The notes beneath the pieces were generated by a model. It did not search any database. It was not told the origin of the DNA and was given only the letters and a program-made list of their open reading frames with translations. Below are positions 28,201-41,241 of a stretch of 64,000 bases of DNA, one piece after another. The stretch is from Eledone cirrhosa (taxonomy: Eukaryota). The first letter of the stretch is position 1; every line of letters begins with the position of its first letter. The stretch is from assembly GCA_964016885.1 (NCBI GenBank), contig OZ024740.1, positions 228,160,001 to 228,224,000 of the forward strand, written 5' to 3'. The translations under genes and the position numbers were made by a program.

Positions 28201-30250
28201 TGTTGTGGTGGTGTTGTTGTGGTGTTGTGGTGTTGTTGTTGTGTTGTTGTGGTGTTGTTGTTGTGGTGGTGTTGTGGTGGTGTTGTGGTGTTGTTTTTGT
28301 GGTGGTGTGGTGGCGTTGTTGTGGTGGTAGTGTTGTGGTGGTGTTATTGTGGTTTTGTTGTGGTGTTGTTGTGGTGGTGGTTTTGTGGTGGTGTTGTGGT
28401 GTTGTCATTGTGGTGGTGTTGTTGTGGTGGTGTTGTTGTGGTGGTGTTGTTGTGGTATTGTGGTGGTGTTGTTGTGGTGGTAGTGTTGTGGTAGTGTTAT
28501 TGTGGTGGTGTTGTGGTGGGGTTGTGGTGGTGTTGTTGTGGTGGTGGTGTTGTGGTGGTGTTGTGGTGGTGTTGTGGTGGTGTTGTTGTGGTGGTGTTGT
28601 TGTGGTGGTGTTGTTGTGGTGGTGGTGTTGTGTTGTTGTTGTGGTGGTAGTGTTGTGGTGGTGTTGTGGTGTTGTTGTGGTGATGTTGTTGTGCTGGTGT
28701 TGCGGTGGTGGTGTTTTGGTGTTGTTGTGGTGGTAGTGTTTTGGTGGTGTTGTGGTGTTGTTGTGGTGATGTTGTTGTGGTGGTGTTGTGGTGAGGTTGT
28801 TGTGGTGATGTTGTTGTGGTGTTGTTGTGATGTGATATAGATGTCGTTGTGGTGGTGTTGAGGTGTTGTTGTTGTGGTTGTGTTGTGGTGTTGTTGATGT
28901 GGTGGTGTTGTGGTGATGTAGTTGTTGTTGTGATGTAGTTGTTATTGTGGTATTGTTGTTGTTGTGATGTGATGTAGTTGTTATTGTGGTATTGTTGTTG
29001 TTGTGATGTTGTGGTTTTGTTGTTGTGGTGTTGTTGTTGTGATGGGATGTAGTTGTTATTGTGGTATTGTTGTTGTTGTGATGTTGTTGTGGTTTTGTTG
29101 TTATGGTGTTGCTGTTGTGATGTAGTTGTTATTGTGGTATTGTTGTTGTTGTGATGTTGTGGTTTTGTTGTTGTGGTGTTGTTGTTGTGATGTGATGTAG
29201 TTGTTATTGTGGTATTGTTATTGTGATGTTGTTGCGGCGTTGTTGTTGTTGTGTTGTGATGTTGTGGTGCTGTTGTTATTGGGGTATTGTGATGTTGTGA
29301 TGTTGTTGTGGTGCTGTTGTTGTGGTGATGCTGTTGTTATTGTGGTTTTATTGTTGTCATGTTGCTGCGGCCTCTTATTGTTGTGGTGCTGTTGTTATTG
29401 TGGTATTGTTGTTGTGGTGCAGTTGTTATTGTGGTAGTGTTGTTATTGTGGTAATCTTGTTGTGGTATTGTTGTTGTTGTGATGTTGTTGTTGTGGTGTT
29501 GTTGTTGTGGTATTGTTGTTGTGGTGCTGTTGTTGTTGTGGTGCTGTTGTTGTGGTGCTGTTGTTATTGTGGTGCTGTTGTTGTAATGTTTTTGTGGTGC
29601 TGTTGTTGTTGTGGTATTGTTGTTATTGTGGTATCGTTGTTATTGTGGTATTGTCGTTGTTGTGATGTTGTTTTGGTGCTGTTGTTGTGGTGTTGTTGGT
29701 GTGGTGCTGTTTTTGGTAGTTATTTTGGTTGTTTGTTAATGGCGTAACAATGTTAATGTTTGTTAATATTGTGATGTTGTTGTGGTTTTGATGATGTTGT
29801 GAAGTTGTTGTGATGTTGTGATATTGTGATGTATTTTGTGGTGATGTACTTGGTTTGTTTGTTGTCGTGCTGTTGTTGTGATATTGTTGTTACGATATTG
29901 TTGTTGTGTTGTTGTTGATGTTGTGTTTTCGTGTTGTTATGATGTTGTGATGTTGTTGTTGTAATGTTGTTGTGGTGTTGTTGTTGGGATGTTGTTGTGA
30001 TGTTGTTGTGATGTTGTGATGTTGTTGTGATGTTGTTGTTGTGATGTTGTTGTTGTGATGTTGTTGCGATGTTGTGATGTTGTCATGTTGTTGTGGTGTT
30101 GTTGTTGTGATGTTGTTGTGATGATGTTGTTGTGATGTTGTTGTTGTGATGTTGTTGCGATGTTGGGATGTTGTGATGTTGTTGTCAGTCGTCATTATTG
30201 TTTCCACAGAACATGTTGCTGTAGTTGTCGTCGTTTTTGTTGTCGTTATT
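25272..30250. repeat. 5-kb G/T low-complexity tract (GGT/GTT/GT) with internal duplications
   Basis: Almost no A or C on the + strand; 384-bp duplication marked by ATGGTGTTGTCGTG at 26147 and 26531. Confidence 0.95.
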
Positions 30251-30272
30251 GCTGCTACTATTATCTTTGTCT

Positions 30273-30358
30273 TTCTTTCATCCTTACGGGGTCGATAAAA
30301 TAAAGTACCAGTAATGTACTGGTTAATTGCTGGCCTTGTGCCCAAAGTAGAAACAACT
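30273..30358 (+). mobile_element. SINE family 1, 5'-truncated
   Basis: Core and tail only. Confidence 0.8.
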
Positions 30359-30469
30359 ATTACCTTGCCTCTGCTGCTTATGCAACAGTTGTTTTCCTTG
30401 TACTCACGCCATTGTCTCTGATGATAATAACGTTTTTTTTATTAGATATTATGTATGTAGAAATGTTTC

Positions 30470-30483
30470 AATGTCTGTCTATA

Positions 30484-30534
<51 letters not shown>

Positions 30535-30856
30535 ATGTCTGTTTGTCTGTATATATGTCTGTCTATATGTCTGTCTGTCTGTCTGTATGTCTGTCTGTCT
30601 GTATGTCTGTCTGTCTGTCTGTCAGTCTGACTATATATGTCTGTCTGTCTGTCTGTATGTCTCTATGACTGCATACATGTCTGTCTGTCTGTCTGTATGT
30701 CTGTCTGTCTGTCTGCCTGTATGTATGTATGTAGATATGTATGTATGCATGTATGTATGTACACATGCATGTATGTATGTACACATGTATGTATGTATGT
30801 ACACATGTATGTATGTATGTATGTATGTATGTATGTATGTATGTACACATGTATGT
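30470..30856. repeat. (GTCT)n grading into (ATGT)n
   Basis: Direct reading. Confidence 0.9.
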
Positions 30857-31460
30857 CAGGTCACCAGTTGGTGCTACTGGTAACATGTATCCCAGTACAA
30901 CCTGCCCCATGGTCGGGTCGTTGGCGACTAAACTGGCAACCCCACCAAGGTTTCTTGGTGAGTAGGGTGACTTTGGACATCCTGCAGGACTAAAAACAAA
31001 ACCTGTCAAAGGGCAAAGGAGCTCTTAAGAGTCAATGGCCATCCAAAATCACCGGGAGAGATGACCCCTTAGCCTTTGTCAAGGCAGAATTCTAGGAGAA
31101 GGAAAACTTTGATATAACACCTGCAACCCTGATGGTATCCAATGATGTTGACTTGTTCTTCTTTTTGGTTAATATCATCTTGGTTAAGAGAGTGGGACTG
31201 GCTTTGTGCAGTGCCTTTGCTCACTATAAAAGCTTCACGGCACAGGCATTGCTTTATATCTGGAGATCTCTGCAGTTGTCGTCACATGGTACCATGGGCC
31301 CAGCACTATGTGTCAATAATTGTCACAAGTGTAGTTTTTGTACCAGAATTTTCAAGTCGCTGGCTGGACTAAAAAGTCACACTCGTTCAGCGCATCGGTA
31401 GGGGTTCTCCTACATGGATATAAAGTAGTGGCCGTACTCGAAAACGAGTTGGCAGCCAAC
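30857..31460 (+). mobile_element. Short non-autonomous RTE-derived retroelement (5' UTR-like part + 3' end), copy 1
   Basis: 16-bp TSD ATGTACACATGTATGT (30841..30856 and 31461..31476); AGGAGAAGGAAAACT motif; C2H2 finger remnant CSFCTRIFKSLAGLKSHTRSAH*; 3' hairpin ACTCG-AAAA-CGAGT. Confidence 0.7.
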
Positions 31461-31552
31461 ATGTACACATGTATGTATGTATGTATGTATGTATGTATGT
31501 ATGTATGTATGTATGTATGTATGTATGTATGTATGTGTGCATGTATGTATGT

Positions 31553-31960
31553 CCGGGAGAGATGACCCCTTAGCCTTTGTCAAGGCAGAATTCTAGGAGA
31601 AGGAAAACTCTGATATAACACCTGCAACCCTGATGGTATCCAATGATGTTGACTTGTTCTTCTTTTTGGTTAATATCATCTTGATTAAGAGAGTGGGACT
31701 GGCTTTGTGCAGTGCCTTTGCTCACTATAAAAGCTTCACAGCACAGGCATTGCTTTATATCTGCAGATCTCTCTGCACTTGTCGTCACATGGCACCATGG
31801 GCGCACTATGTGTCAATAATTGTCACAAGTGTAGTGTTTGTACCAGAGTTTTCAAGTCGCTGGCTGGACTAAAAAGTCACACTCGTTCAGCACATTGGTA
31901 GGGGTTCTCCTACATGGATATAAAGTAGTGGCCTTATTCGAAAACGAGTTGGCAGCCACC
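31553..31960 (+). mobile_element. Same RTE-derived element, copy 2, 5'-truncated
   Basis: Highly similar to 31052..31460 with the same 3' end GGCAGCCA(A/C)C|ATGT; flanked by ATGTATGTATGT. Confidence 0.75.
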
Positions 31961-32063
31961 ATGTATGTATGTATGTATGTATGTATGTATGTATGTATGT
32001 ATGTATGTATGTATGTATGTATGTGTGTATGTATGTATGTATGTATGTATGTATGTATGAATG

Positions 32064-32455
32064 TTCTTCTGGTTTTATAATTTTATAAATTTTACCAATA
32101 GAGAGAGAGTCGATTTCTAACATAGATACAAGACTCTCTCATTGGAATTTACACACCATCAACTAGGTAGATATGTATGTATGCATGTCTGCATGCATGC
32201 ATGTGTGTGCAGGTATGGATGTTATTGTATGTGCAGATGTGGATGTCTTGGGTTGTATGTGTGCATGTGTATATCCTTTGTATCTGTACAAGTGTATATG
32301 CAGTTATTAGATGCATCATTTTTGGAATGATTTACATATTTTTACTGTTCCATTAATGGATTGTACTTGTAATTTCCTAACTAGTTGTGTTCTTTCTGTT
32401 CCTGTGAAGTCTAGCTTCTCAAGATATGTATTGAGGCATTATAATTATAACATTT
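32064..32455 (-). mobile_element. R4/Dong-clade family B, 3' fragment, copy B2
   Basis: Minus strand encodes CLNTYLEKLDF...QSINGTVKICKSFQ; 3' UTR shared with 32772..33385. Confidence 0.8.
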
Positions 32456-32771
32456 TGTATGTATGTATGTATGTATGTATGTATGTATGTATGTATGTAT
32501 GTATGTATGTATGTATGTATGTATGTATGTATGCATGTGTGTGTGTGTGTATGTGTATGTTTGTGTATGTATGTATGTGTTTGTGTATCTATGTATGTAT
32601 GTATGTATGTATGTATGTATGTATGTATGTATGTATGTATGTATGTATGTATGTATGTATGTATGTATGTATGTATGTGTGTGTTTGTGTATGTATGTGT
32701 TTGTTTGTGTATGTATGTATGTATGTATGTATGTATGTATGTATGTATGTATGTATGTATGTGCATGTATG

Positions 32772-33385
32772 TTCATCTGGTTTTATAATTTTATAAATTT
32801 TTGCCAATAGAGAGAGACCCGGTTTTTAACATAAACATAAGACTCTCTCATTGGAATTCAAACATCAAGTAGGTAAATATGTAGCATGCCTGCATGTTTG
32901 TGTGTACATGTGTGTATGTGTATGTGTGTGTGTGTGTGTATGTATGTGCATGAATGCGCGCGCGCGTGCGCGCGTGTGTGTGTGTGAGTCTGTGTGTGTG
33001 TCTGTGAGTGTGTGTGCAGGTATGGAAGTTATTATCTGTGTGCAGGTATAGAGTGTGTGTGTGTGCAGTTATGGATGCTATGTATAGGTTTTGAGTTATA
33101 TATGCGCATGTGCATATGTTTTGTATCTGTACATGTGTACATGCAGTTATTGCATGCAGAATATTTGGAATGATTTACATATTTTTACTGTTCCATTAAT
33201 GGATTGTACTTGTAGTTTCCTAACTAGTTGTGTTCTTTCTGTTTCTGTGAAGCCCAGCTTCTCAAGAATTGTACGGAGGCAGTTACTAACATATCCCAGT
33301 GCCCCAATAATCACAGGTATAAATCTGAAAGTATAATCAGGGTGGAGTATCTACAGATTTCTCATTAGTTCTGCATATGTAATGT
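32772..33385 (-). mobile_element. R4/Dong-clade family B, 3' fragment, copy B1
   Basis: Minus strand TYAELMRNL*ILHPDYTFRFIPVIIGALGYVSNCLRTILEKLGFTETERTQLVRKLQVQSINGTVKICKSFQ aligns without gaps to the family A C-terminus IYGPLMRSLQIQYPRYTFSFIPIIIGATGY...GTFKICKTFL. Confidence 0.85.
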
Positions 33386-33459
33386 GTAATGTATGTATGT
33401 ATGTATGTATGTATGTATGTATGTATGTATGTATGTATGTATGTATGTATGTATGTATG

Positions 33460-33985
33460 TTTTCTCTTTCTCTTAATTTCGAGTATATTTTTTTGACCGG
33501 CCACCTTCCTGGTGGCAAGGTTGTAAAAGAAAAGAAATTGTCATCCCTTGAATCGCAAGAATGTTTTGCATATTTTGAAGGTGCCAGCTATCGCAGCCAT
33601 TTGTAGACTATGAATTAGGGAGCTGCGCTTTTTGTCCGCAAATCCAAGTTCGGTCATACTTTGGTCCAAGCGGGTTGGTATATAACCCGTAGCACCAATA
33701 ATGATGGGTATGAAGCTAAAGGTGTATCTTGGATACTGGATTTGTAAGCTCCTCATCAATGGTCCGTAGATGTCCTCCTTCTCCTGTATTTTTCTGACAA
33801 CGTTTACATCAAGTGGGCAGCTGATCTCCACAACAGAACACGTTTTCAATGTGTGGTCCCAAACTACAATATCAGGCCGGTTGTGCTTTAATTTGGTGGC
33901 AGTTTTTATTTTCAGGTTCCACCAGTATTCCTTAGTGCCATCTGTCTCAATATATTTTTCCTCGTTTGTTTTCAATTGTTTTCAA
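33460..33985 (-). mobile_element. R4/Dong-clade family A, heavily 5'-truncated copy (endonuclease domain + 3' UTR)
   Basis: ORF 33541..33975 nearly identical to the last ~140 aa of 8325..10082; about five substitutions by eye; (ATGT)n on both sides. Confidence 0.93.
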
Positions 33986-34330
33986 CATGTATGTATGTAT
34001 GTATGTATGTATGTATGTATGTATGTATGTATGTATGTATGTATGTATGTATGTATGTATGTATGTATGCATGTATGTATGTATGTATATGTATGTATTA
34101 TGAATGTATGTATACATATATATGCATGCATATATTTATGCATGTATTTATGCATGCATGTGCATGTATGTATGTATATACGATATGTATGTACGAATAT
34201 TTATGTACGAATGTATGTATATATGCATGTATGTATGCTTGTATGTACATGTATGTGCATATATTATGTATGTATATATGTATGTATGTATATATGTGTG
34301 TATGCATGCATGCATGTATGTATGTAAGTA

Positions 34331-34361
<31 letters not shown>

Positions 34362-34365
34362 ATGT

Positions 34366-34405
<40 letters not shown>

Positions 34406-34469
34406 ATTATATATGTGTGTATGAAGCTCATGTGGCCAACGAAGTAATCATTATCGGTTTAGATGTTGC

Positions 34470-35200
34470 TACTATTATTAATGCATTTGGCATTTGGAAT
34501 GTTGCCAGACGCGCATTGTACTCTGCCAGCTGAACGACGTGGCGGCTGGGCAATTAACACTTACATTATATAGAGGAGTAGTGGGAGGTATACGGAGTGA
34601 TGGATCAGTGGCCTGGGAGCGATTCCTGGCATCAACGAGGGTAGCCCGATTAGTCTCTTCTGCAGGATCTTCAGGTCGGGGATTATGGATAATTTCCAAA
34701 AGCTCTTTGCCCGGTAGTGCTACGAGGCCACATTATTTGTTAGGGAGAAATTCTATAGAATCCTCAGATTGAGATTCAAAGCAAGGCAACGAAATCAACA
34801 TGCACACTTTTATTCAGTGTCCGCGCATTACTGATTTGTGGGTTTGTGTCGAGCACCTACTGTCACGTGTAGTTCTGATTAGCCTTATTAACGTACAAAT
34901 CAATCCGCCTCCATCAATTGGTAAAGAAGGGTGACTAGTTTTTCTCTGCTTCGTAGCTATGGTGAAGGTAGTTTTATGGTGTACGTAAATGAAAAGTTTG
35001 AAGACAGGAATTTTCCTGCATGACCAAAATCTCACCAGCTTCTTCAAGTACTACTTAAAGATGAGGGTAAACGCCGAAAGAAAGGTGCTAACTTCCAGTG
35101 TGTTTTACGAAAGGTGGGCAAAAGCGACAAAATTGATGAGGTTGAGCGAACTTTCTCTGGTTATGCGACTATCAACAGGCAACAAGAAACAATATGTGTA
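34470..35200 (+). mobile_element. Decayed Tx1/L1-clade LINE, ORF2 C-terminal region
   Basis: Broken frames give IMDNFQKLFAR*CY, EINMHTFIQCPRITDLW (zinc-finger H-x4-C) and FFKYYLKMRVNAERKVL..FYERW. Confidence 0.6.
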
Positions 35201-35269
35201 AAAGTAATCTTAAATCATTGATGCATGGAAGTAAATCAAAACTTATGTGTGAAGAGTTACGAAAGAAAA

Positions 35270-35560
35270 CAAGAGTTATTAAGGAAATAGCAAAAACAAT
35301 GTGAAGGTTGGGGAGGGGAAGAGCATTGAGCCACAACATAGGACAATAGATAGATGAAAAGAATCAGGGAGAAGATTGTACAAGATGGACGGAGAAGGAG
35401 CAGACAGAAAAGAGCTGGATGGGTGATATCGAAGAACACAAGAAGGAGATCAAGGGTGGTACAAGACCAGTTTGGAAAAGAATGCCACAGGAAAGGAAGG
35501 AATGGAGGAGGCTTGAACGGTGTATACGTCTAGCAGTGGGTTGCTATATCTTAAAACCAA
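35270..35560 (+). mobile_element. Decayed RTE-clade LINE 3' end
   Basis: Fragments GRRR..QK.SWMGDI and VWKRMPQERKEWRRL resemble the RTE C-terminus. Confidence 0.4.
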
Positions 35561-36857
35561 AGCAAGATAAGATAATCCAAGTTTTTCCATATCATAGACC
35601 GATCTTGTGTTGATTTTACAATCCCAGGAGAGAGTTATATTCAATGACTAAGGGTCCTTTGGGATTCTTTAATTTGTTTAATTTTTGAGCAACTTCCTAT
35701 AGCGTCGGACGAGATGCATTGTGGTATTTGTTCCAGCTCTTTGCATTCGGAGTTCAAATCCCATGGTTTAACACTGATCTTAGGTGCTTTAATTTGTAAA
35801 GATTTAATTCAAGTCTCGGGTTTGAAGATAGCTTCCTCCCACATTTTCTTCCAGCTTACCCCTCCTTTCTTTCCCCCTTTCCTCCCACCTTTCCTCGGTC
35901 TTTCCTTCCTATTTCCTTCCCACTTCCCCTCATTTCCCCCTCCCTTCCCCCTCTCTCTCTTTACTACCAGTCTCGAACACTTTGAAAAGAGTCATAGATA
36001 ATGCCATTCCGCCCCTGATTAACCATTTAAAAAATATTAATTGTCATCCTGTCGTTGTTAGGTAACATGATCGGGACACGTTTATACAGATTCTCAGTTT
36101 TCAGCTCAAAACATCGACATATTTCTCAAGGGACATAACCGTCGACACGATTGTGTCTGTGAATATATCTGACTTTGCAAGAACTGGAAAGCCATATATC
36201 GTCTCATTGTTCACTTTGTTTTCACAATTCCTTTCTGAACATTGTTTTATATTCTCACAACGCAATATTTAGATGGTAGACTTGAAATGTTACCCTATTT
36301 AACAGTACAACCTGTTCTCGTGGTACCTTTAGCGGAGTTCACTGTTGCAGGTATAAGGATAAATTACTCCCATCAGAGGCCATGAAAAAGGATAATGGGT
36401 GCTGCATTTCTCACGCTGACTAAGCATTGAAAAAAGGTTCCGCATCAGTAGACGTCCCTCTCCAACCACATTCTTTTAAATTAAATCACGCGTCTTTCAG
36501 TTTCTACCACCTTTCTGCCCAAACAATCTGCCTTTATCTTTCAAAATGCTACGATCATTGAAAAGCATTTTCCTCTCACATTTTCTACTTTTTTATTTAT
36601 TGATGATTTGCTATAGCCCGAAACGTTGATATGTCGTCTCGGAGCCTTTAAGTAGTAACTTGACCTGATACATATAAAAACTAAATCTTCCTCAAACCCT
36701 GTCCTACAATTTTAAAATCAAAAAGGTTACATTGAACAATGCAATCCTATATATTCCAAAAATGATGGAATGGTCACGGATGGAATGTCTGCTATTGCTC
36801 GATCAGGGCTGACCTCGAGCTATAGAGCTAAACAGTTAAACGACAGTGTAACAGAGA

Positions 36858-36891
36858 GAACAACAACAAAAGCGATAAAAGCAACATCATC

Positions 36892-36930
<39 letters not shown>

Positions 36931-38190
36931 AACAGCAAAAACAATAACAGCAACGACAACAAAAACAACGATGGTGACACCACCAACACCCCCCAGTACC
37001 GTCAACAACACCACCAGCACCATCACCACACCAACACCACCACCAACACCACCACCGCCAACACCACCACAATCACCACCACCACCACCACTACTATCAC
37101 CACCACCACCACCATCACCATCACTACCACGAACACACAGGCACCGCCACCACCACCACTACCACCACCAGCACCACCAACACCACCACCAACACACCAC
37201 CACCGACATCAACACCACCAGCACCACCAACACCACCACCACCACCACCAACATCAACACCACCAGCACCAGCAGCAGCACCACGTCGACGACGACGACG
37301 ATGACCACCACCACCACCACCACCACCACCACCACCACCAACACCAGCACCACCTACATCATCATCACCACCTTCATCACCACTACCACTAATACCATCA
37401 CCACTACCACTAGCACCACTAGCACCACCACCACCTCCATCGATAGACACAACAACAGCAACAACAACAACACCATTATCACCATCACAAATCAGGCCAC
37501 TACCACCTTCGACACCACAACCAACACAAAAACCACAACAGTCACAGCAACAACAACAACACCAACAGCAACATCATCACCACTATCACTATCACCATGA
37601 TCACCGCCAGTAGCACCACCACTACCACCACCACCACCGCTACCACCATCACCACCACCACCACCACCACCACCACCACCACCACCACCACCACCACCAC
37701 CACCATAACCGCTACCACCACTATCACCCCCCCCCCGCTACACCCCTCCCCCCAGCACTACTACTACTACTACCACAACCACAACCACCACCACCACCAC
37801 CGCTACACACCACCACCACCACCACCACCACCACCACCACCACCACAACCGCTACCACCACTACCCCCTCCCCCCACCGCTCCCCCCAGCACTACTACTA
37901 CTACTACCACAACCACAACCACCACCACCACCACCGCTACACACCACCACCACCACCACCATAACCACCACCACCACCACCACCACCACCGCCACACCAC
38001 CACTACTACTACTACCACAACCACAACCACCACCACCACCACCACCACCACCACCACCACCACCACCACCACCGCCACACCACCACTACTACTACTACCA
38101 CAACCACCACCACCACCACCACCACCACCACCACCACCACCACCACAAAAACACTACAGCCACAGCCACAGCAACAACAACAACAACAGA
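36858..38190. repeat. (CAA)/(CAC)/(CTA) trinucleotide low-complexity tract
   Basis: Direct reading. Confidence 0.9.
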
Positions 38191-38489
38191 CTTTGGAACA
38201 ATCTTTACGTTTTCTCCTCACCTCAAATTTCTGCTCACATCTTCAAAGAGTAGATGCTGGTATATACTCTGTTCATCTTGCTGCCTGTCTTAGATGTTTT
38301 TATCATTGATATAGGCAAGATCAATAATCAATATTTACTTTATTGGGTTTACGTACACCGTACTCAAAATTCCCCCAGCAGATTCTTCTTTTTTTCTCCT
38401 TCCTCTTCTGTCTCTTTAGTTTTCATTTGGTCCCATCATCCTTTTATCATTATCATACGTTAAACTAGTGGAACTATATATATATATAT

Positions 38490-38524
<35 letters not shown>

Positions 38525-38538
38525 AAGAAGTGTCTCTC

Positions 38539-39172
<634 letters not shown>

Positions 39173-39183
39173 TATATATATAT

Positions 39184-41202
39184 TAGAGTGTGCCATAAAA
39201 AGCAAGGTCACAATACTAACGCTCCCTGTATATTTTCCCATTATAAATGCCCCCATTGGTAACATAAAAAATATTTCGTATAAAATAAATTATTTTGAGC
39301 TTTGCCTATATCATGGTGATTATAGTGGAAAGTGTGATTATGTTGCATGAAATCATGAAAATGTGAAACCAAATATGACCATACAATAATTGTTTATTCT
39401 ATTAATCCATTATATTTAGTAAACCAGCTTTGAATATAAAGGTGTACAAGGAAGAAACAAGTTCAGTTAAGTTAACTCCAGCTATATTTTTTTCAGAGTT
39501 TCTTTTTTGAAATCCGGGACCTTGCGACGATGAGCTTCGACTACTTGAAGAACACACTGCTTCTCCTCCTCATTCTTGGTGATGGCAACAAAATCAGTTA
39601 TCAACTTGACTGCTCTCTCCGCCAGATCGTTGACTACCTTGATATTGTGAACAACAGCACAGGCATTTTGATATGACGTTTGTGATGACCAAGTTGTAGG
39701 CGACAGCTCAAGCCAAGTTTCGTCGAGACCAAGGAGATCGAACAGAAGCCTTGATTTCTTCCCAACTAGATGAGGCAGCTTCATGGACGACTTCAACTCT
39801 GGAAATACTGGAGCACCACAGTCGAGAGGCCCAGACGTTTTCGTTTTGACAAGACGTTTGGCTATTTGTTTCTTCTCGGACTCTTGGACCCGACTTGAAA
39901 ACAGCGCTAGCTAGCGGAATGGCTTCCTCCGTCAGGTACCTAAGATGCCTGCTCAGAGCAGTAGTGGCTGCTTGCGTGAGATCTCTGTCAACCTTACTGT
40001 ACTGTGTCAACTCCACGTAGAATTGAAGGTCATTGGATGGTGCATCAGCACACTTGACTGCTGTCAGCCAGTATCGCTCGTAGAACAGAGCATTGAACAT
40101 ACAGATCCGGCGCAACTTTTCCATTTTAGCTTGATCGTAATTGAGTCGCTCACCAAATGCATACATCTTTGCACTATAGATGATTGTAGACATCCACCCA
40201 GCGTTATGATGTGCACCAGGCAGCATCCAATGAATTCCACGAGGAGGGGCGACACTAAGCAAGATAAACACCAACTCGGCACAATCTCGGTAGTCGTCCC
40301 GTGGAAGTGAACTCATTTCCCCATCGTCGGATGTCAGCAAATCTTGGAGGAACTTGATGTTCTCAGAACACAGACGCTTGAGTCTCCGGTTGACTGTTCA
40401 ATGTTTTAAAGTTGGTCTTGTCCGTGAGTGACACCCAATCTTTTTTTAACTCCTTGAACTCTGGGGTGTCTGGACTGGACATTGCTCCGAATAGTTGTTG
40501 CCACACTGCACACAAGATACGCTCCATGACATGGTACCGACAAGCAAAATAAAACACCTTTTTGTTGAGCATCTCTTTTAGTTTCACGCAGGCACCATTT
40601 TTCCATCCAGAATTCGAAGCAGTTGTGTCGAAGACCAAGCCCACCACAGACCCACCAACATTCCAATCTTTAACAAGATCAAATGATGCTTTGGCTTGGG
40701 TGGTTCCAGTGCCATCGGAACACCGAGGAGTTTACCTTCTCTGAAGTCCGGAGTTCCAGCAACTAGCACACCTAGCCTCTCGTGGTCACCAGGAATTATT
40801 TTGCCATCCCAATGCAAGGTAACAAAGTCTGGTACAGCAAATTGTTCCTTTATGTGTTCAGCCCCCACAGTTCTGATCTTTTCGTGTTTCTAGGACCATC
40901 TTTCAGGTAGAAGAAATATCTTAGAACATCCCACTTTGTTGGTATTTTGTTTAGTGAAAAGGATGTAACATATTGTCCCAGGAGCCATATTTCTCGATCA
41001 TCACAACGGAGCGAGTAGCTACACTAGGCCCACTGGTTTCCGCCATTATTCTGCCAGTTTGCAACGATTAGGCAAAGCTTACATTATGTCTGAAATAATC
41101 AAAATTACATTATAAATTGATAATATACAAAATGGCATGAGAAAATGCATAGGGAGCTAAGAAAAAAACACTTTTGTGTAAAATGTGGGATTCTGGAACA
41201 CC

Positions 41203-41205
<3 letters not shown>
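39184..41205 (-). mobile_element. hAT-superfamily (hATm-like) DNA transposon, internally deleted and decayed
   Basis: Termini TAGAGTGTGCCA and TGGAACACCCTA form imperfect TIRs; ATATATAT on both sides fits an 8-bp TSD; transposase remnants inside. Confidence 0.8.
39482..40870 (-). pseudogene. Frameshifted DDE transposase
   Basis: Successive frames carry LHWDGK, FDTTASNSG..GAC, ACRYH (CxxH), VKCADAPSNDL, VVNDLAERAVKLITDF and LQVVEAHR. Confidence 0.85.

Positions 41206-41239
<34 letters not shown>

Positions 41240-41241
<2 letters not shown>

Noticed and set aside
31132-31401. Stand-alone C2H2 zinc-finger gene
   Set aside because: Single finger at the 3' end of a repeated retroelement, frameshifted in the second copy
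36306-36350. Possible 45-nt exon (AACAG|...TTGCAG|GTATAA)
   Set aside because: Weak splice signals, no recognisable peptide, no partner exons; needs RNA-seq
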